NCBI GenBank assembly: GCA_964016885.1
Contig: OZ024742.1
Location: 14,198,001 to 14,262,000 of the forward strand
Length of the DNA: 64,000 bases
Reading direction: 5' to 3'
Source of the DNA: Eledone cirrhosa
Taxonomy: Eukaryota
Shown: one piece after another, positions 1-12,589 of the stretch
Numbering within the stretch: position 1 is the first letter of the stretch
Layout of the letters: the number at the start of each line of letters is the position of its first letter
Notes under the pieces: generated by a model
The model's database searches: none
What the model was told of the DNA's origin: nothing
Seen by the model: only the letters and a program-made list of their open reading frames with translations
Program-made: the position numbers and the translations under genes

Positions 1-550
1 ATGAACAGTAGATCATTACGCATCTTTTGGCTTAAAAATCTAGAAATTTGGTCCAGCGGGAAAAAGTTTATAATCAAAGTTTGCTGATAAATCGTGTGTT
101 CAAGTGAGTGAGTAGTAAGCGTGACGCTAGGGGAGGTAATCCAGAAATGACGCATTTTTTTCAGTGGAACTCTTGTGATTGTGATTACGTTAGTCAAATG
201 TAGTCAAATCGCCGAATCCCCTCTTCCTAATTGACTACGTCATTTCTGAACGGCCCTACTTGCGTCAGTGTGAAACATTACTTCACTTTTCACTGCTAAA
301 ATGCTTTTTAAATACTTCGTTAAAAATTTATGTTTATTATCAAAGCTATTTTTTGTACCAATCTATCAATAGTTTGCGAAAATATAGGTAAACATGGGAG
401 TTAAATTTTTTTTAATCGCATCGATCGCTTTTTCGCACCAACTGTGACACTGTCTGACTGTCTGTCTGACTGACACCTTTGTCGGACCGATTCACTATGA
501 TCATTTAATTATTAGATAGTTGTTGCTTGCATTGCCTTAAAAAATAGTAG

Positions 551-1754
551 ACCAGATAGAAAAATGCATACAGCAAAAAAAAGTAATATTGTTGGAATAT
601 AAACCTTTAAAAATACAGGACAAGAAACTAAAATAAAACTTTAAAAGAATAGGACAAGAAACTAAGATAAAACTTAAAAAGAATAGGACAAGAAACTAAG
701 ATAAAACTTTAAAGAATTGGACAAGAAATAAAAAATTTTACAATAATATTAGTGGCAAAATTTTTTTATTCGTTTCCTGTGCTATGCCCCAGTATCTTCT
801 TGATTAGTGCATAATAATTGTCATGCTCTCATTGTGCATTGCCCCTGAGCGGTTGGTTCTGGTTGGGGTTGGTTGGCTGAGCAGTTCTGCTTCGTCAGAA
901 TGACCATTGCAAGAAGAATTGGCCGATGCAGCTGCAGGTCTCCTCCAAGAATGCACTTCTGGTCCCGCAACACCAGACGAAGATGGAGAAGACGACCGGG
1001 ACAAGATGTCGACTCTGACCACCGACTACGGCACCTCCCTCAACCACCGGTCCCCCCTCTCTCTGTCCCGTCATCCCTCCAGTCCTCCTGCTCCCCCTTC
1101 CTGTACCAGAAAGCTGTGGCACGCATTCATCTGGACTGCCGGACTTGAACTCAAGGAGAAGATGGACGGGTTGGTCAAGATCAAGGATGAGCGGGACGAC
1201 AAGACCGTCCGCTGCTGCTCAAGATCTGTGCTCATGGGCCCATGGGTCCATTCACATTATGCATGACACATGAGGCGTGTCGCCGAATGATGAAATAGGG
1301 GTATGGTTATGGCCCAATTGGTGTTCAAACCAGGATCAAATGATCCCCCCGGTCTGACGACGACCTATGAATGTGGAACCCAGAGCCTATGAATGTGGAA
1401 CTCGATTTTTTACCAATAAATATTTTGCCACTAATATTATTGTAAATTTTTTTATTTCTTGTCCAATTCTTTTAAAGTTTTATCTTAGTTTCTTGTCCTA
1501 TTCTTTTAAAGTTTTATCTTAGTTTCTTGTCCTATTCTTTTAAAGTTTTATCTTAGTTTCTTGTCCTATTCTTTTAAAGTGTTATCTTAGTTTCTTGTCC
1601 TATTCTTTTAAAGTTGTCCTATTCTTTTAAAGTGTTATCTTAGTTTCTTGTCCTATTCTTTTAAAGTTTTATTTTAGTTTCTTGTCCTGTATTTTTAAAG
1701 GTTTATATTCCAACAATATTACTTTTTTTTGCTGTACGCATTTTTCTATCTGGT
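551..1754. mobile_element. Foldback-type element: long terminal inverted repeats with 34-bp subrepeats around a GC-rich core
   Basis: 551-~770 is the reverse complement of ~1415-1754 (accagatagaaaaatgc.../...gcatttttctatctggt). Unit aggacaagaaactaagataaaactttaaaagaat occurs ~4x left and ~7x right. No TSD seen. Confidence 0.8.
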
Positions 1755-1755
1755 A

Positions 1756-1862
1756 TATATAGATGGCTAGGTAGGTTGATATATATATATATATATATAT
1801 AGATAGATATAGATGGCAAGGTAGGTTGATATATATAGATAGATATAGATGGCAAGGTAGGT

Positions 1863-1898
<36 letters not shown>

Positions 1899-2698
1899 GG
1901 AAATCAGTAAAATCGAATCTCTGGCGGTTTGCAAGTAAATTTGGCCTACTTATATGAAATGATGAGTTAGCAAAGCACTCGATAAGGTAGGGCCTTAGAG
2001 TAATAACATACGTTTAAATAGCTTGACAAATCGAACATTGTGGTAGGCTAAACTAACACACAATACATACCAAAGCAACGATAGAACTAATCAGGTTGAG
2101 AAAAGTACACCTGGACAAATTAAACGGACAATCGTTTAAAGTGTTTCTTTGAATCCGAAATCAAATATCAGACTTACTTGAAAGGCAAGCTCATGGTATT
2201 GGTGATCGAACGTAGGATTCAGTTTATCAACAGGTTTATCGCTCTTCCTAGGATTGGAGTGATAGATTATATGTTGCTGCTATAAGCTGCTTATCGTATC
2301 TATAATTATCACGTGTTAATTCCGGCGAGAGAAATAACCCCCGGTCCCAGGCGGTTCATTCAAAATGTTAGCGGAAGGAAATATTTTAAATTTCCGCTAA
2401 TCATATATATATATATATATATAGAGATGGCAAGGTAGGTTGATATATATATATATATATAGATGGCAAGGTAGGTTGATATATATATATATATATATAG
2501 ATGGCAAGGTAGGTTGATATATATATATATATAGATGGCAAGGTAGGTTGATATATATATATATATATATAGATGGCAAGGTAGGTTGATATATATATAT
2601 ATATAGATGGCAAGGTAGGTTGATATATATATATATATAGATGGCAAGGTAGGTTGATATATATATATATATATATATATATAGATGGCAAGCTAGGT

Positions 2699-2743
<45 letters not shown>

Positions 2744-2756
2744 TAGGTATGTTGAT
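1756..2756 (+). repeat. (TA)n-GATGGCAAGGTAGGTTGA compound minisatellite (resumes at 6766-7160 and 10021-10226)
   Basis: Repeated gatggcaaggtaggttga core separated by variable TA/GA runs, in the same orientation in all blocks. Interrupted by a non-repetitive insert at 1898-2403. Confidence 0.9.
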
Positions 2757-5700
2757 ATCATCATCATCATCATCGTTTAATGTCCATCTTCCACGCTTGC
2801 ATGGGTTTGGACGGGAATTTTCCCACTTGAGGCAAGAGTGGTTGTCCTGCTCGTATAGGACTGTCTGGCGGGTTTTCTATGGCTGGATGCCCTTCCTAAC
2901 ACCAACCACATTTACAGTGTGGGACTGGGGGGTTTTTACCGTGTTACCTACACGGCCACATTACAGCGTGGACTGTGTGTTTTTTTTGTTGTGACACCTA
3001 CACGACCTCATTTGTTTCGGACTGGATGTTGTGGTACCAACATAACTTTACATAGAAGGAGATGGTGTGGATGGGGTGGGGGGTAGTGGGACGGGGTGTA
3101 TTTTTGTTAGAGGTGCCTACTGACTTTAGGTTTCGCTTTGTACTTAGGCAAGGCGGGTCTTCTGTATTACTGTATAGCGCCAAAGATCTCGGTCCAGTGA
3201 CATTGTCTTGGAGAGGTGTAAGTGTGTGAGGTCGGAATTTATCAAGTGGTCCCGTGGCTACCGTCTATTTTTATCGCCCTGCACTTTTTTATACAGCTGT
3301 CGTCTTTCATGCGCATCACGTGACCGTACCAACGTAGTCTTCTCTCGAGTAAACAACATCTGATCCCTCTTATTCCTAATTTCTCCCTTAGTTCGTTTAT
3401 GCTTTGCCGTTCACGTATATTACTATTACACATCCAGCGGAGCATGCAAGCTTCGTTCCTCTCCAGTCTGCGTATATCCTCTGCACACAATGCCCAAGTC
3501 TCACTGCCATGTAACATTACTGTTTGTATGCAGGCATCATACAGCCTGCCTTTCATTTTTAGTGAGAACCCTTTAGCGACCAATAGTGGTATAGGCTCTC
3601 TGAACTTTTTCCATCCGTTCTGACTCTAACTACTGTACTTTCAGAGCACCCTTCCCCACTGCTGATTTTGTCACCCAGGTAACGGAAGGTGTCCACTATT
3701 TCTATAGAACCATCTGTGCAATGGAATGAACTAGTATTCCGTGGGCACTTGCTGCTACTTATTGCACCAGAGCACCGGCCACATATAAAATCTATATTCT
3801 TAGTTAGCTTACCACTACATCTTTTATGCACCCATACTTTGCATTTGGGACATAAAATGGAGTTTCTGCCTACTCCTTTCCTACACACTGAGCATGGCCA
3901 TTTCCCAGATTGGACCGGTGCCCTATTTTCCTTCCTACAAACTAGAACTTTAGTCTTAGAAAATTTAACTTTAAGGCCTTTTGATTCTAGGCCATGCTTC
4001 CATGTTTGGAATTTCTTCTCTAGTTCAGCCATTGATTCAGCTATGAGCGTTAGATCTTCTGCATATAGGAGTTCCCATGGGCAGCCGGTCTTGAGCTCCT
4101 CTGTTATAGCCTGAAGGGCAATAATAAATAGTAGGGGGCTAAGAACGGCGCCCTGATGAACACCAACTTTTACGCTAAACTCTTCACTATATTTGTTGTT
4201 AATTCTAACCGTGCTGACTGTTTCTTTATACATGGCTGGTATAGCTCTCACAAGCCATTCATCAACACCTAGTTTTCTAAGAGCCCACCAGATAATGGAG
4301 CGGGGGGACTCTGTCAAAGGCATTCTCCAAGTCAACAAAAGCTAAGTATAGGGGTTTACTTTTAGCTAGGTACTTCTCCTGTAGTTGTCGTACAATGAAA
4401 AGAGCGTCTGTGGTACTTTTACCTGACACAAACCAGAACTGCATTTCATCTAGATCAATTCGTTCTCTGATTAGTTGCGCTATTACTTTTTCTGTGACCT
4501 TCATGACCTGGTCGATTAATTTAATGCCTCTATAGTTACACCTATCTAGGGCATCTCCTTTACCCTTGTAGCAGTTAATGATGATGCTGCTACGCCAGTC
4601 CTTCGGAACGGCCCCATTCTGTATGACTTGGTTTACTATCCAGGTGACCATAGTGTGTCCCACCATTCCATATGCTTTCAGCATTTCAACAACTATTTCC
4701 AAAGGCCCAGCCGCCTTACCCGTCTTCATATCTTTGATTGCCTTACTTACTACTTTCAACTAGCACTGTTGGTCCCTCTATTGGATCGGTGTGGGGGAGA
4801 CTGTCTTTCTCCCATTTATTCTCCTCATTTAGTAGCCTTTCGTAGTGACACTTCCAAGCTACCTTCTTATCAGCGTCAGTGATGCCAAGTACACCATCAT
4901 CATTAAGGACACACTTCTCCCCGACAATATCACAGTTTTCCTTGACACATTGCCTAGCAATCCTGAACACCTCACGTTTTTGGTCCTCGCGTTGTAGAAC
5001 ATGCTTGAACTTTCTTTCCTCTGCTTCCCTTCTTGCGAAGTACACTTGTCTCCTAGCTTCCCTCCTGGCCACTTGATAGTCTTCTCTACTTCCCCCATCA
5101 AGTAATATGCTTTTCAATTTATTACTGGCTGTGGGGTCCTTTAGATTCCATATTTTTCTCCTGAGGATAGTCTTCCTCTGTTGTCGAGTACGTCTTGTCC
5201 TGACTATGAGGTCGCTGACTATGAATCTATGTTGGGAGGTGCATTCTTCATGGGGGAGGGATTTAGTGTTTACAACAGACAGTCTGTCACGTCTTCTGGT
5301 AAGGATATAATCTATCTGACTGGCGTGTTCCACTGATCTATAGGTGATCAAGTGATTGTCTTGTTTTTTGAAGTTAGTGTTACAGATAGTTAGGTTATTT
5401 GCGTCACAGAATTCCAGGATTCTGGAGCCTTCCTCATTTTTAGTACCAAACCCATAGCCTCCATGGATTCCGTCATAGCCATCACAATGTTGTCCAACGT
5501 GACCATTTAGGTCGCCAGCAATAATTATGTAGTCACTGCCGGTTATTTGGGAGGTAGTGAGCATCAATATCTCATAGAATCTGTCTTTTATAGCGCCAGC
5601 AGTCCGGATTGGGGTGCATACGCAGATATTACTGTCACAGTAGTTCTATTTAGGACAAGTCTTATTTTAATTATTCACTCTATTTACGTCTATTATCTTA

Positions 5701-6765
5701 TCTACCCATTTTTCTGCTAACATGATTCCTACCCCACCCAGCCCATTGTCATCCCCCCCCAGAAAAGCTTATAGCATCGTTTTTTACCCACAATGAATCT
5801 AGCAACCCACCCCTCCACCTGGTCTCTTGGATACAGCAAACATCAACCTCCTTACATTCAAGCATTTCTACAACCTCGTTAGAGCGACCTTTTAAGGTGC
5901 CTACATTCATGGTACCAACTCTGAAGTTTTGGATTGCGTTCGGTGGGGTGCAGTGAGGGGCATGGGGTTGGGGTTATGTTGGCCATCCGCGGCCGAAACA
6001 AAGAGGGGGAGTCCTTGCCTTTTCGTCCGGCAGCATGAGGTGAATTTGTCTTTATCTTTGGCATTGTCACTGAGTGTCCAGATTTTTTAGACTCTCCAGA
6101 ATTCCTTAGTCCATCCATCATATCGAAAAGCAACCAGAAGTGATAGCATAGGCCGCTGACTTATGATTGGTCCTAATAATAATGGTGGTGAGTGGGGGGT
6201 GGGTGGGAGGGGTATGGGGTAGTTAGCGACAAGGTTTAAATAAAATCTTCAAATTTTGGGCATAATTGGACAAGCATATAACAGTAATAATAAGCGAATA
6301 ATGGGATTTTAAAATACAAGAAGATTATTTAGAACAACCAGACAGAATTATAGAATAGCATTGAGAGAGAGAAAAAGATTGGATTCTGGGCGATGATACG
6401 GATATATGAATGAATGGACTGAGAGGCTGGAGAGACAAGAAAAAAATGGCATTTTACATTACATTTCGCAGGGGGGGAAAGCAGGTCTGACCATTAATAA
6501 GAGTTGACAAATTCTGAGATTTGTACCTCGTAACAGGTTTATTTATATTTGGTGAGAGAAGGGAGTGATTGAAAGGGTGAACTAGCAGGTGCGTAATACG
6601 ATACAGTGGGGGGGGGGGGGAATATTAAGAGGGACAAGGAGGCCATTTTATAAATCCTAGAATTTTTCGGCCAAAATTAAACAAACGAGATTGTTATTTT
6701 AGAAAAACAAATGCGACATTTTACGAGAGGGTTTAAATAAAATCTTTGAATTTTGGGCATAATTA
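2757..6765 (-). mobile_element. Degenerate near-full-length RTE-clade LINE (APE + RT + PHD-like finger)
   Basis: Frameshifted minus-strand ORF pieces: IIAGDLNGHVG and SQIDYIL (APE), LAFVDLENAFDRV, GVHQGAVLSP, LLYAED (YADD mutated). Internal deletion near 5105. (GAT)n tail at 2757-2773. Confidence 0.93.
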
Positions 6766-6875
6766 GATGGCAAGGTAGGTTGATATATATATATAGATGG
6801 CTAGCTAGGTTGATATATATATATATATAGAGAGAGAGATAGATAGATGGCTAGGTAGGTTGATATATATATATC

Positions 6876-6992
6876 ACTGTAAATGAGGTTGGTGTTAGGA
6901 AGGGCATCTAGCTGTAGAAATCAAGCCAGAATCAGTTCCCGTCCCACCCTGGCAAGCAGGGAAAAGCGGACATGAAATGATGATGATGAAAT
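6876..6992 (+). mobile_element. 3' fragment of the RTE-tailed SINE family
   Basis: Matches the tail of the SINEs at 12270-12585 and 28297-28644 and ends in (TGA)n. Sits in the TA minisatellite. Confidence 0.75.
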
Positions 6993-7160
6993 GATATATA
7001 TATATAGATGGCTAGGTAGGTTGATATATATATAGAGAGAGAGATGGCTAGGTAGGTTGATATATATATATATAGAGAGAGAGATGGGTAGGTAGGTTGA
7101 TATATCTATATAGAGAGAGAGAGAGAGAGAGATGGGTAGGTAGGTTGATATATATATATT

Positions 7161-10018
7161 AACACTAAATCCCACCCCCATGAAGAATTCACCTCCCAAC
7201 ATAGACTGATAATTAGCGACCTCATAGTCAGGACGAGACGTACTAGACAGCGGAAGAGGATTATCCTCAGGAGAAAAATATGGAAGCTAAAGGACCCCAT
7301 AGCCAGAAATAAATTTCAAAGCATATTACTTGACGCTTTCGACAGTAAGGAAGAGCAATTAGAGTCGTATAATATAGAGGAACAGTGGGAATTCCTGAGA
7401 GCAAACCTGCTGACGGCGGCAGACGAAGTCTGTGGCTGGAGCAGGCCTGTAGGTAGGAGGAGAGTAACATGGTGGTGGAACAGTAAGGTGGAGGAGTCAA
7501 TTAAGGCCAAAAAGTATGGCGGGATGGGGGAAGTAGAGAAGACTATCAAGTGGCCAGGAGGGAAGCTAGGAGACGAGTGTACTTCGCAAGAAGGGAAGCA
7601 GAGGAAAGAAAGTTCAAGCATGTTCTACAACGTGAGGACCAAAAACGTGAGGTGTTCAGGATTGCCAGGCAATGTGTCAAGGAAAACCGTGATATTGTCG
7701 GGGAGAAGTGTGTACTTAACGATGATGGCATACTTGCCATCACCGACGCTGATAAGAAGGTAGCTTGGAAGTGTCACTACGAAAGGCTTCTAAATGAGGA
7801 GAACAAATGGGAGAAAGACAGTCTCCCCCAGATCGATCCAATAGAGGGACCAGCAGTGTTAGTTGAAGGTAGTATAATAAGTAAGGCAATCAAAGATATG
7901 AAGACGGGTAAGGCGGCTGGGCCTTCGGAAATAGTTGCTGAGATGCTGAAGGCATCTGGTTCGGTGGGACACACCATGGTCACCCGGATAGTTAACCAAG
8001 TCGTACAGAATGGGGTTGTTCCGAAGGAATGGCGTAGCAGCATCATCGTTAACTGCTATAAGGGAAAAGGAGATGCCCTAGATAGGAGTAACTATAGAGG
8101 CATTAAATTAATCGACCAGGTCATGAAGGTCACGGAAAAAGTAATAGCGCAACTAATCAGAGAGAGAATTGATCTAGATGAAATGCAGTTCGGGTTTGTG
8201 TCAGGCAAAAGTACCACAGACGCTCTTTTCATTGTACGACAACTACAGGAGAAGTACCTAGCTAAAAGTAAACCCCTATACTTAGCTTTCGTCGACTTGG
8301 AGAAAGCCTTCGACAGAGTCCCCCGTTCCATTATCTGGTGGTCTCTTAGAAAACTAGGTGTTGACGAATGGCTTGTGAGAGCTATACAAGCCATGTATAA
8401 AGAAACAGTCAGTAAGGTTAGAATTAACAACGAATATAGTGAAGAGTTTAGCGTAAAAGTTGGTGTTCATCAGGGCTCTGTTCTTAGCCCCCTACTATTT
8501 ATTATTGCCCTTCAGGCTATAACAGAGGAGTTCAAGACCGGCTGCCCATGGGAACTCCTATACGCAGATGATCTAACGCTCATAGCTGAATCAATGACCG
8601 AACTAGAGAAGAAATTCCAAACATGGAAGCACGGCCTAGAATCAAAAGGCCTTAAAATTAACCTGGCTAAGACTAAAGTTCTAGTTTGTAGGAAAGAAAA
8701 TAAGGCGGCGGTCCCATCTGGGAAATGGCCATGCTCAGTGTGTAGGAAAGGCGTAGGTAGAAACTCCATTTTATGTCCCAAATGCAAAGTATGGGTGCAT
8801 AAAAGATGTAGTGGGATCACAGGTAAGCTAACTAAGAACATAGATTTTACATGTGGCCGGTGCTCTGGTGCAATAAGTAGCAGCAAGTGCCCACAAAATA
8901 CTAGCTCCTTCAACTGCGCAGAGGGTTCTATAGAAATAGTGGACAGCTTCCGTTATCTGGGTGACAAAATCAGCAGTGGGGGAGGGTGCTCTGAAAGTAC
9001 AGTAGCTAGAGTCAGAACTGGATGGAAAAAGTTCAGAGAGCTTATACCACTATTAGCCGCTAGAGGGTTCTCCCTAAAAATGAAAGGCAGGTTATACGAT
9101 GCCTGCATACGAACAGTAATGCTGCATGGCAGTGAGACCTGGGCATTGTGTGCAGAGGATATACGCAGACTAGAGAGGAACGAAGCTTGCATGCTCCGCT
9201 GGATGTGCAATAGTAATATACGTGAACGGCAAAGCATAAACGAACTAAGGAAAAAATTAGAAATAAGAGGGATCAGATGTTGTTTACTCGAGAGAAGGCT
9301 ACGTTGGTACGGTCACGTGATGCGCATGAAAGACGACAGCTGTATAACAAAGTGCAGGGCAATAAAGATAGACGGTAGCCACGGAGTAGGCAGACCCAGA
9401 AAAACATGGGACGAGCTGATAAATTCCGACCTCACACGCTTACACCTCTCCAAGACAATGTCACTGGACCGAGACCTTTGGCGGTACTCAGTAATAGAGA
9501 AGACCCGCCTTACCTAAATACAAAGTAAAAACCTACTACAGTCAGTAGGCATCTCTATCAAAACACACCCCCGTCCCACCACCTCCACCCCACCCACACC
9601 GCCCCTTTCAATGTAAAGTTATGTTGGTCCCACAACATCCAGGCCGAAACAAATGAGATTGTGTAGGTGTCACGACAAAAAACACACAGTCCACGCTGTA
9701 AATGTGGCCGTGTAGGCAACACGGTAAAAACCTCCCAACCCCACACTGTAAATGTGGTTGGTGTTAGGAAGGGCATCCAGCTGTAGAAAACCCGCCAGAC
9801 AGTCCACGCTGTAATGTGGCCGTGTAGGCAACACGGTAAAAACCTCCCAGCCCCACACTGTAAATGTGGTTGGTGTTAGGAAGGGCATCCAACTGTAGAA
9901 AACCCGCCAGACAGTCCTATGCGAGCAAGACAACCACTCTTGCCTCAAGTGGGAAAACCCCCGTCCAAACCCATGCAAGCGTGGAACACGGACGCTAAAC
10001 CTGATGATGATGATGATG

Positions 10019-10020
<2 letters not shown>
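7161..10020 (+). mobile_element. 5'-truncated RTE-clade LINE, same family as 2757-6765
   Basis: ORF 7550-9517 with RT motifs FVDLEKAFD, GVHQGSVLSP, LLYADD and a Cys/His finger. 3' UTR has an internal ~119-bp duplication. (GAT)n tail at 10003-10020. Confidence 0.95.
7550..9517 (+). CDS. RTE LINE reverse transcriptase ORF (endonuclease missing)
   Basis: 655-aa ORF with intact YADD and C-terminal RRLRWYGHVMRM...GRPRKTW motifs typical of RTE. Confidence 0.85.
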   Translation: MARREARRRVYFARREAEERKFKHVLQREDQKREVFRIARQCVKENRDIVGEKCVLNDDGILAITDADKKVAWKCHYERLLNEENKWEKDSLPQIDPIEGPAVLVEGSIISKAIKDMKTGKAAGPSEIVAEMLKASGSVGHTMVTRIVNQVVQNGVVPKEWRSSIIVNCYKGKGDALDRSNYRGIKLIDQVMKVTEKVIAQLIRERIDLDEMQFGFVSGKSTTDALFIVRQLQEKYLAKSKPLYLAFVDLEKAFDRVPRSIIWWSLRKLGVDEWLVRAIQAMYKETVSKVRINNEYSEEFSVKVGVHQGSVLSPLLFIIALQAITEEFKTGCPWELLYADDLTLIAESMTELEKKFQTWKHGLESKGLKINLAKTKVLVCRKENKAAVPSGKWPCSVCRKGVGRNSILCPKCKVWVHKRCSGITGKLTKNIDFTCGRCSGAISSSKCPQNTSSFNCAEGSIEIVDSFRYLGDKISSGGGCSESTVARVRTGWKKFRELIPLLAARGFSLKMKGRLYDACIRTVMLHGSETWALCAEDIRRLERNEACMLRWMCNSNIRERQSINELRKKLEIRGIRCCLLERRLRWYGHVMRMKDDSCITKCRAIKIDGSHGVGRPRKTWDELINSDLTRLHLSKTMSLDRDLWRYSVIEKTRLT

Positions 10021-10053
<33 letters not shown>

Positions 10054-10068
10054 TGGGTAGGTAGGTTG

Positions 10069-10105
<37 letters not shown>

Positions 10106-10120
10106 TGGGTAGGTAGGTTG

Positions 10121-10200
<80 letters not shown>

Positions 10201-10315
10201 GTAGGTACGTTGATATATATATATATCATTCAGAGCTGCTCAAGGTTACTTGTTCCTCTTCTGCAGATAACTAAATATACATGCTTCAAATATGGTTTAT
10301 GTATGTATGGATCAA

Positions 10316-11255
10316 CTGGTCACAATAGATCTGCCAGACTACCAGATGTCTCTATATATTGCTGGGTCACCAGATGTCTATATATATTGTTGGGGTCACA
10401 ATAGATCTACTAGATATCTCTATATATTGCCAGGGTTACAGAACTCCAGGATAATATCATCAAAATCACACCTCTTCATCACCTCTGATGCCACTCCATC
10501 TTCTCCATGAACCTTGCCTTCCTTGATCTTCTTTTTGGCTCTCTGAAGCTCCTCTCTGGTGAAGGGTCCTCTCACAATATCCAGTTCCTCAAACAGCCAC
10601 CTGAGGATGGTTCTGAACATTAATCAGTATACACTGAGGATGAAGAACTCAGAGCTGTACAGGAGCCTCCCAAAAGTCAGCTCGAAAGTGAGACAGAGGA
10701 GACTGAGGTTAGCTGGACATGCTCACCGACATCTAGAGTTGACACTGCACTCAGTGCTCCTGTGGGAGCCCCTGCATGGACACACTGGAAGAGGAAGACC
10801 GAGGTTGACATATGTTGATGCCCTAAGGACAGACACTGGTCTCTTGGAGAGGCAGGGCATGGCAGCGATAATGAGGGACAGAGACCACTGGAGAGAACTC
10901 ATCAATGGATCTCGGGAATTTTACCCGCCCTAGATAGATAGATCTACCAGACTTCCAGATGTCTCTATACATTGCTGGGGTCATAATAGATCTACCAGAT
11001 GTCTCTATACATTGCTGGGGTCACAATAGATCTACCAAATGTCTCTATACATTGCTGGGGTCACAATAGATCTACCAGACTACCAGATGTCTCTATATAT
11101 TGCTGGGGTCACAATACATCTACCAGACTACCAGATGTCTCTATTGCTGGGATCACAATACATCTACCAGACTACCAGATGTCTATATAATGCTGAGGTC
11201 ACAATAGATCTACCAGACTACCAGATGTCTCTATATATTGCTGGGGTCACAATAC
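10316..11255 (+). repeat. ~43-bp minisatellite (ctaccagatgtctctatatattgctggggtcacaatagat...), interrupted by a LINE fragment
   Basis: Tandem units at 10316-10430 and 10940-11255. Confidence 0.8.
10430..10941 (+). mobile_element. Short LINE insertion with an inverted 5' segment (RTE-like family)
   Basis: + strand ~10597-10933 encodes a LINE C-terminus (RRLRLAGHAHRH...GRGRPRLTYVD) followed by a (TAGA)n tail. The - strand at ~10430-10596 encodes a pre-RT segment (GPFTREELQRAKKKIKEGK.HGEDG..SEVMK). Confidence 0.8.
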
Positions 11256-12269
11256 AGTTTCATTCCTCTTTTTATTGTGCCATTCTCTTCCTTCTAAGAG
11301 GACTAGAGAAGAACAATGAGGCAAAAAACAGATATGAGTAAGGGGAAAAAGAAGTTTTTTGGGGTGTGAAACAGGGTAGGAGGAAGAAGAAAAGATGAAG
11401 AAAATATAACAAATATATAGATTTAAAAAAATTATAGAAAATAAATTAATAATTTGAAAATTTTTTTTAAATAATTGAATGTCAAAAATAGATATACAAT
11501 AAATGTAAAAATATAAATAAATGAAAAGGAGAAGAAAATAAGGTTAGGGTATATATATAGAGAGAGAGTGAGAGATAGGTAGAGGGGGAACTGACAGGTG
11601 TGTAAAGAATGCCCTTACTGACTTACAGGTGGAGAGAGAGATGGGATGCCTTCACTGATTGACAGGTGTAGAAATAGAGGAATGCCTTCACTGAGGTATG
11701 AAGAATTTTGGAAAATGGTAACTGAAATAAATAGCATTGATGTTTTAGATCAAATTTCCATGCTGGCATGGGTTTGACGTGTTGTCATGGTCCAGCACTA
11801 GATATATTGATGAATCTTGATCTTGCTCATACCTTCCATATTTTGTTGGCGTTTCTATAGCTTAATGCCTTTCCTACTGCCGACTTCTTTGTAGAGTGCA
11901 TTGGGTACATTTTATCATGGCACCAGCTCTACCTCTTACAGAGTGTACTGGGTGCCTATTATCATGACCACTTTACAGCGTGTTATATTGTGATTAATCG
12001 TTATTTGTGAAGGGTTGGGAGGGAGTATGGTCAATTGCTTATCAGTATGAAGAGTAATGTATTCGGCTAAAGACATAGGCAGACACACACAGACATAAAT
12101 AAAGTTGTTTTCTGGTCACATGGAAACTCTTACAACCTGTTTTATGGTTTGTTCTTTGCTGATTAAACTGGCACTAAACTATGTCTGAATATTATCACTC
12201 CAGCCTCTGTGCAGGTTATTAACACACCCCATTAAGGGGGTTGGTTTATGATCCTTTTTAGCTTTTCTA

Positions 12270-12585
12270 TTATCATCATCATTTCATCATACGTCCGCTT
12301 TTCCCTGCTTGCAAAGGTGGGACGGGAACTGATTCTGGCTTGATTTCTACAGCTGGATGCCCTTCCTAACACCAACCTCATTTACAGTGAGTGCTGGGTG
12401 CTTTTTTGCAGTGGAATGATATCGACCCCAGTCCCTATCATCTCATTTCTACAGCTGAGTAAACTGGAGCAATGTGAAATAAAGTGTCTTGCTCAAGGAA
12501 ACAACACATCACCCGGTCTGAGAATTGAACTCACAACCTTTCAATTGCAAGGCCAATGCTCTAACCACTAAGCCATGTGCCTCCA
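12270..12585 (-). mobile_element. tRNA-derived SINE with RTE-type 3' tail
   Basis: Minus strand begins ggaggcacaTGGCTTAGTGG (A box)...GAGTTCAATTC (B box), then a central ccttgagcaagacacttt block, a LINE-like tail and (TGA)n. Near-identical to 28297-28644. Confidence 0.85.
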
Positions 12586-12589
12586 TGTG

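Noticed and set aside
215-260. DNA transposon terminus (tgactacgtcatttctgaacggccc)
   Set aside because: Resembles MITE ends, but the partner TIR is not in the window, so it cannot be confirmed.
5880-6200. HDV-like ribozyme in the RTE 5' region
   Set aside because: Known for some RTE elements, but I could not build the nested double pseudoknot by eye.
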